Shown here: positions 59,091-64,000 of the stretch, one piece after another | Layout of the letters: the number at the start of each line of letters is the position of its first letter | Position numbering within the stretch: the stretch's first letter is position 1 | Assembly (NCBI RefSeq): GCF_036588685.1 | Contig: NW_026963290.1 | Coordinates: 6,076,001-6,140,000, forward strand | DNA length: 64,000 nt | Direction of reading: 5' to 3' | Source of the DNA: Mytilus trossulus | Taxonomy: Eukaryota | Position numbers and translations under genes: made by a program | The notes under the pieces: generated by a model | What the model was told of the DNA's origin: nothing | Databases searched by the model: none | What the model saw: only the letters and a program-made list of their open reading frames with translations

Positions 59091-62000
59091 ATAAACTAAA
59101 TAATCTAAATAAAATGACACCATTACATGACAGGAATACAGTACAAATAAATGCAAAAACATTAAAGACAGAGAACTACACAATTAAACAATACAATAGT
59201 ACAATATTAAAGTACATTTCGACATGCTAACCACTGAAGAAAAAAACGAACACGTAAAACAAGTCAGGAGCATGCAATTTAGTGTTTTTCGTTTATTATT
59301 TGTTTATATTGTTTTCTCTCGTGTTGTGCCGTGCAATCAATGTTCTACGTTAGAGGGGGTTGGAGACATCAAACATGTTTAACCCTACTCTATTCTTGAT
59401 ATGTGTTCATGTCCCGCCAGGTGCCTGAATTCAATGGTTGTCGTTGATACATGTTTGTCATATTTGTTATTGTTTTGTCATTAATTAGATCGTTAGTTTA
59501 CTTGGATTGGTGTTTAATTGGTATTAAATTGTATCACATGTGTTAAGTCGGTGCCATTTATATAAGCCGACTCTACAGCATCGTGTTACTCATTGTAGAA
59601 GGTCGTACGGTTGCCTATAGTTGCCAACATCCACATCGTTTACACTTTGGTAAATAGGAGTCACTTGGGCAGTCATACCATATGTCTTCGTTTCATATAT
59701 AAAAGGACCAGGTACAATGTATAACGTCCTTGGAATAATTAAAGAGTGGACTAAGAGAATAGAATAATGAAGTTGTCTATGTATGCAGCCTTCGTGTCAA
59801 TAGAGATATAGAGAGACAGATAGTAAGTGTCATGTCCGATAACTATTTTCTATATAATTCTAATATAATTCTCGAAATGATGTCCTGTCGTATCGTAGTA
59901 TGTTTTCAGACGTATTTAAGGTCGTCTTTTTATTAACTATCATGCTTGACAGGACGCGGTTTTCATGAACATCCATCCATTTCATCACAAGTCAGCACAT
60001 TAATTAAATTCTCAGCATAATGTAAATATATGTGGCCTCCTTGTCATGTGTTATAACAAACATGGTAACTCGAAATGATTTTTTTAGACAGATTTACAAA
60101 TGGATCAGCATGTTGAACTGCTTTTAATGTCCCCAAAGTATTTTGAGATTGGCAGTTTAATTGCATATTAAATAACAAGTGTGTTCATAAAATGTCATAT
60201 CTTGGCATTTTGATTACAAAATTCTCGTAAATTGCATTCGATTGCCTATGGTTAAGCAGTCAATTTTCGAACAGGAAAATTAAATGCTATAAAGTAAATG
60301 ACATATCACTTTTTGCGTCAAGCTCAGAATTGATCAATTTTATCTTTACGGTTATAATGCTTTAAAAGTAGTACGAATGTATTACCTCAAATTATATAAC
60401 GGTCGTCGTTTTTGTTTGAACTATTTTAAATTCAAGATAATTATTTCACCATCTATATCATGCGTGATGCTCGATTAATGCAGAGCTGTCAGTTGAATTA
60501 TAGTCCTATATTGCTTTTATAGTTTCAAAGAAACCATTCTATTTTAATACTATTATGCATATTTTCAAAATAACATATTTATGACAATTTTATAAATATA
60601 GAGCTAAAAATGATTAATTTCTAAACCAGAAATAACACGAACTAGTCTGCGGTGTTTAAAACATGCCTATTAAACAGTTTTATTACAAATGTTTGAAAAT
60701 GTCAAAGCTTGCTAATGCTATGCAGCTGATTCATTTCTGTCTATATCTGACTTAAGATTTTGCCGAAGTTTTTAAAATTTATTCAAAACATAATTGGGAA
60801 AAGACTATTTATCTTTTGTAGTTCTGATGATGGTTGGCCATCCCAAAGGCAATTACACAGGTATTTGATATCAAAAGACCTCAAGGGGGAAGGGGGGGGG
60901 GGTGTTTCGTTTGCATGGATTTGTTCTACAATTACAGGAACATTTTTTTTTTCACGTTTGTGAAAAGAAACCGCATCGCGAAATTTATATGTTTAAATGT
61001 TCATTTGCAGGGATTTATTTTACTTCCTATCAATTTATAAAAAAAAATATTGCGCAAACATTAATGTTCAATTTGCTTAAATGTATGTCGCTGGTTGCAT
61101 ACTGCTTTTATTAATTAAAGCACGATTGGTCTCATACAAATTTGTGTGTGTATTTTATTTACACTGTTCTGAAACCTGAAAAAGGTTAAAATGTTCATTT
61201 CCATCTTAATTTTGTGATCTGACAATGTGTTCGTCAACATGGACACTACTGATGACAATTCAAATCCCTCTTTGCCCCCCCCCCCCCAAAAAAAAAGCCA
61301 TAATCTTTTCAAGATTTTAATTTATGGTACGCGTTCTCATACAATTGTAAAATTTATTAAATTCAATGTCCACCCTTTCCTTACAGAAGTGTCTCTAGTA
61401 TGGTTCGATGTCATTACACTATTGTCTCTAAAATGATATGGTGTTCCTTTGCCTCTGCTTTTTACGTCCTTCTACTGTTAACTTTTATTATATTCAGAAT
61501 TCCCATACATTGGCTTCTTCTGTTGAAAAGAAATACATTTTCGAAAGCACTTTTGTTTAATTCGGTTTCTTGAATTTTTGTATTACTACAGCTGGGTCGA
61601 TGCCATTTCTTTAGAATTACAAGTACTCATGTGTATCATTAACCTGATAGTCTATCTGTCTTGGCATGACTGACACTTTAGACATTTTCAGTTAGTAGAA
61701 TTGAGTAACATTATTGTAAAAACAAGGTTAATAGTCAAGCAATGTACTTACAACACTAAGATGGCTAATGAAGGAGTTCTGTTGGTTTTACGTAATTATC
61801 AAAAAACAAAAACTATAGTCTGTGTTATTGGACATTTTTTTGATTGTGTATAAAGATTCCTAGACGCTCGTTTATTTGAGCAATTAATATCAAGACATAT
61901 TAGGACATTATTCGTAGACATCATAAAATAAACAAATGATGTACAAAATGTTGCAGCAGCAATTACTTATTTGACTTCAATAAAATATCAATTAGTTATT

Positions 62001-62772
62001 ATATTCGACCTACAGTGGGACCTTCAGTACGATCGTATGATGAAAAGGATTATTTATTATGAAATACTCCCCGTCTTGCGTAATCCTTTTGTTAAAGACA
62101 GCCTTTACAAAATTCCTGTTCTTGATAAAAGATAAAAATCTTGATTTCACTAAAATATCCACGAAATTACAACATTCAACCTTCATACAGTCTGGCCTTC
62201 AGTTCGATCGAATATCCGATACTTGAAAAAAAGGATTGTCCTTTTCCTCGAAATACTTCGCGTTGTTCTTTTAAAGTAAATGTTCTATTGGATGAAGATT
62301 TGTGGCTTGCGTCAATATCCGTTAGAAATTTTTAATTACCATCGATTACCGTTTACTCCGGCGCGGGAGGTCTTTGTGATGCTGATAAGATTCGGTGTAA
62401 TTGACTTTTTACAACTAACAGAATGCCTGTTTTCCTAAAATAAGTCTATTTCAAGTATTTAATCTCATTCAAGTAATTAGCTTTGTTTTTATATGATTTC
62501 GCATTACATGTATTTACAGTAACGTCCCAGTTGTTAGTATTTCCGAAGGCATTAAGCTTTCATGTCAAGTTGAACTTGTACTGTGAGTAAGTTTACGTTA
62601 GATTTTTTCCGTTTTATCTTAATTTCATTGTTAGGTTCAAAAAGATAGTTTGATTTACTGCATTATACATGTAACTTGTGCAACCGATTGGTATATTTGG
62701 ACAACTCCTAGTATCTTTTAAGACATTCCATTGTCAAATTTAGCCCAATTTATCATCAGATGTATATTGACT

Positions 62773-62836
62773 GCTATGACCTCTGCAACTGAAGCTATGA
62801 CCTCTGCAACTGAAGCTATGACCTCTGCAACTGAAG
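62773..62836 (+). repeat. 21-bp tandem repeat x3
   Basis: GCTATGACCTCTGCAACTGAA three times. Confidence 0.9.
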
Positions 62837-64000
62837 TTAATATGTTTGATAGGTACAGACGGTGCCGCAAGTTGAGTATAAACAAGCAATACATGTATGT
62901 GCAAAGTTTACCGTAAAAATTAGACTCCAAAAAGCCGCAATATACAAAAACTGTTTTATGCACACAAAAAAGGAAAATTTCGATCAATTGGAAGTGACTT
63001 CCTCGACAAATTGTTTAAGTAATGTACTAGATTCAAGTAAGCTGCCTACAGAAAAGTATTTGAGTGGATAAATCAGCGTCAGTGTTTTTCTGACGTTCAT
63101 AGGATGTGATTTACTATGTTTAAGTAGTAGGACAACCACTTAAAAGTTCAAAATACGCTTGAGTTGTGTAAACTTCTATTTCTATTCAGTTGTTTGCATT
63201 TGGATTTATTAAGTATTTCAGTTTATTAGTTTATCGAACCCATCGCTGGATATTATAGTTTGAAAGCTTCTTTTGTAACATTGTTAAATTTCTATTTGCA
63301 TTTACACTCGGAACAAATAGCGTGCTTCTCCAAAATGTTGTCTGTAGCTATTAATACATTGAATATGCCAGGTCATTAGTGTCTAACAAACATTACAATA
63401 ATGGAAAGACAATTACATGGCAATAGGAAGATGACAGAAATATGACAAATTTTAGAAGCAATGTAAAATTCTTCTAATTGAAATCGATTTGTCTTGTAAG
63501 AAAACCCACCAGTGGGGAAACAAGTTATTATCACAGCTATGAAGACAGAGTAAATTGACCTTGTTATGGTCAATTATTTTGATGGAAAGTTTAGCGTAGG
63601 TTTTCAACATATAATTCACTGATCGTAATGGGGTCTATAGTAGGCGAATAGAACATGTTCTTCCTGTATGTCTAGTCATGAACCATTTGGCCGCAGAACG
63701 TTTATTCAACCCAAAGTAACTGATATTGTATAACTTTAAAGAACATCAGCTGTCAATTTTATGTTCATTGATTTCACTCAAATTCTAAAACTGTATTCAT
63801 AACGTATAATCTTATATTGGAATTGGTAACAGTCAAACATGTACAGACGCGATCGTGCTGGTGTATGCGTATTTCGTTCTTATTATATAGAATGGACCAT
63901 CAAGGTGACCACCGAGGTGTGAGACATTGTATACAATACAAATACATGTAACCTCATACGTCTTTTAAATTGACATTTTGTTGTTTCAAAATTAAATAAA

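Noticed and set aside
62040-63600. Possible decayed coding region around the 21-bp repeat
   Set aside because: Several short open frames on both strands, but no consistent frame or recognisable family.

Overview
AT-rich animal genomic DNA, most likely a bivalve such as Mytilus (inferred from repeat content and a 355-bp hammerhead repeat). The ORF track is largely uninformative because the real gene is spliced. Reading splice sites by hand gives an 18-exon, ~746-aa type I membrane receptor on the + strand (6124-26200): signal peptide, five one-exon Ig-like domains, a transmembrane helix, and a cytoplasmic tail built from alternating 25-nt linker and 71-nt exons. Each 71-nt exon encodes one complete ITAM-like motif (YxxL-x8-YxxL), four in total. 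Downstream (30658-36168) lies a second, diverged but intact 8-exon copy of the four-ITAM tail with its own stop codon and poly(A)-type signal, but no signal, Ig or TM exons of its own. It is either an alternative signalling tail for the same ectodomain or a 5'-deleted tandem paralog. The rest of the window is repeat-rich: Penelope-like RT relics, Tc1 relics, a Helitron, several MITEs, and a tandem array of 355-bp units that each carry a type I hammerhead ribozyme (non-LTR retrozyme), plus dispersed copies. All gene models are manual and lack transcript support.
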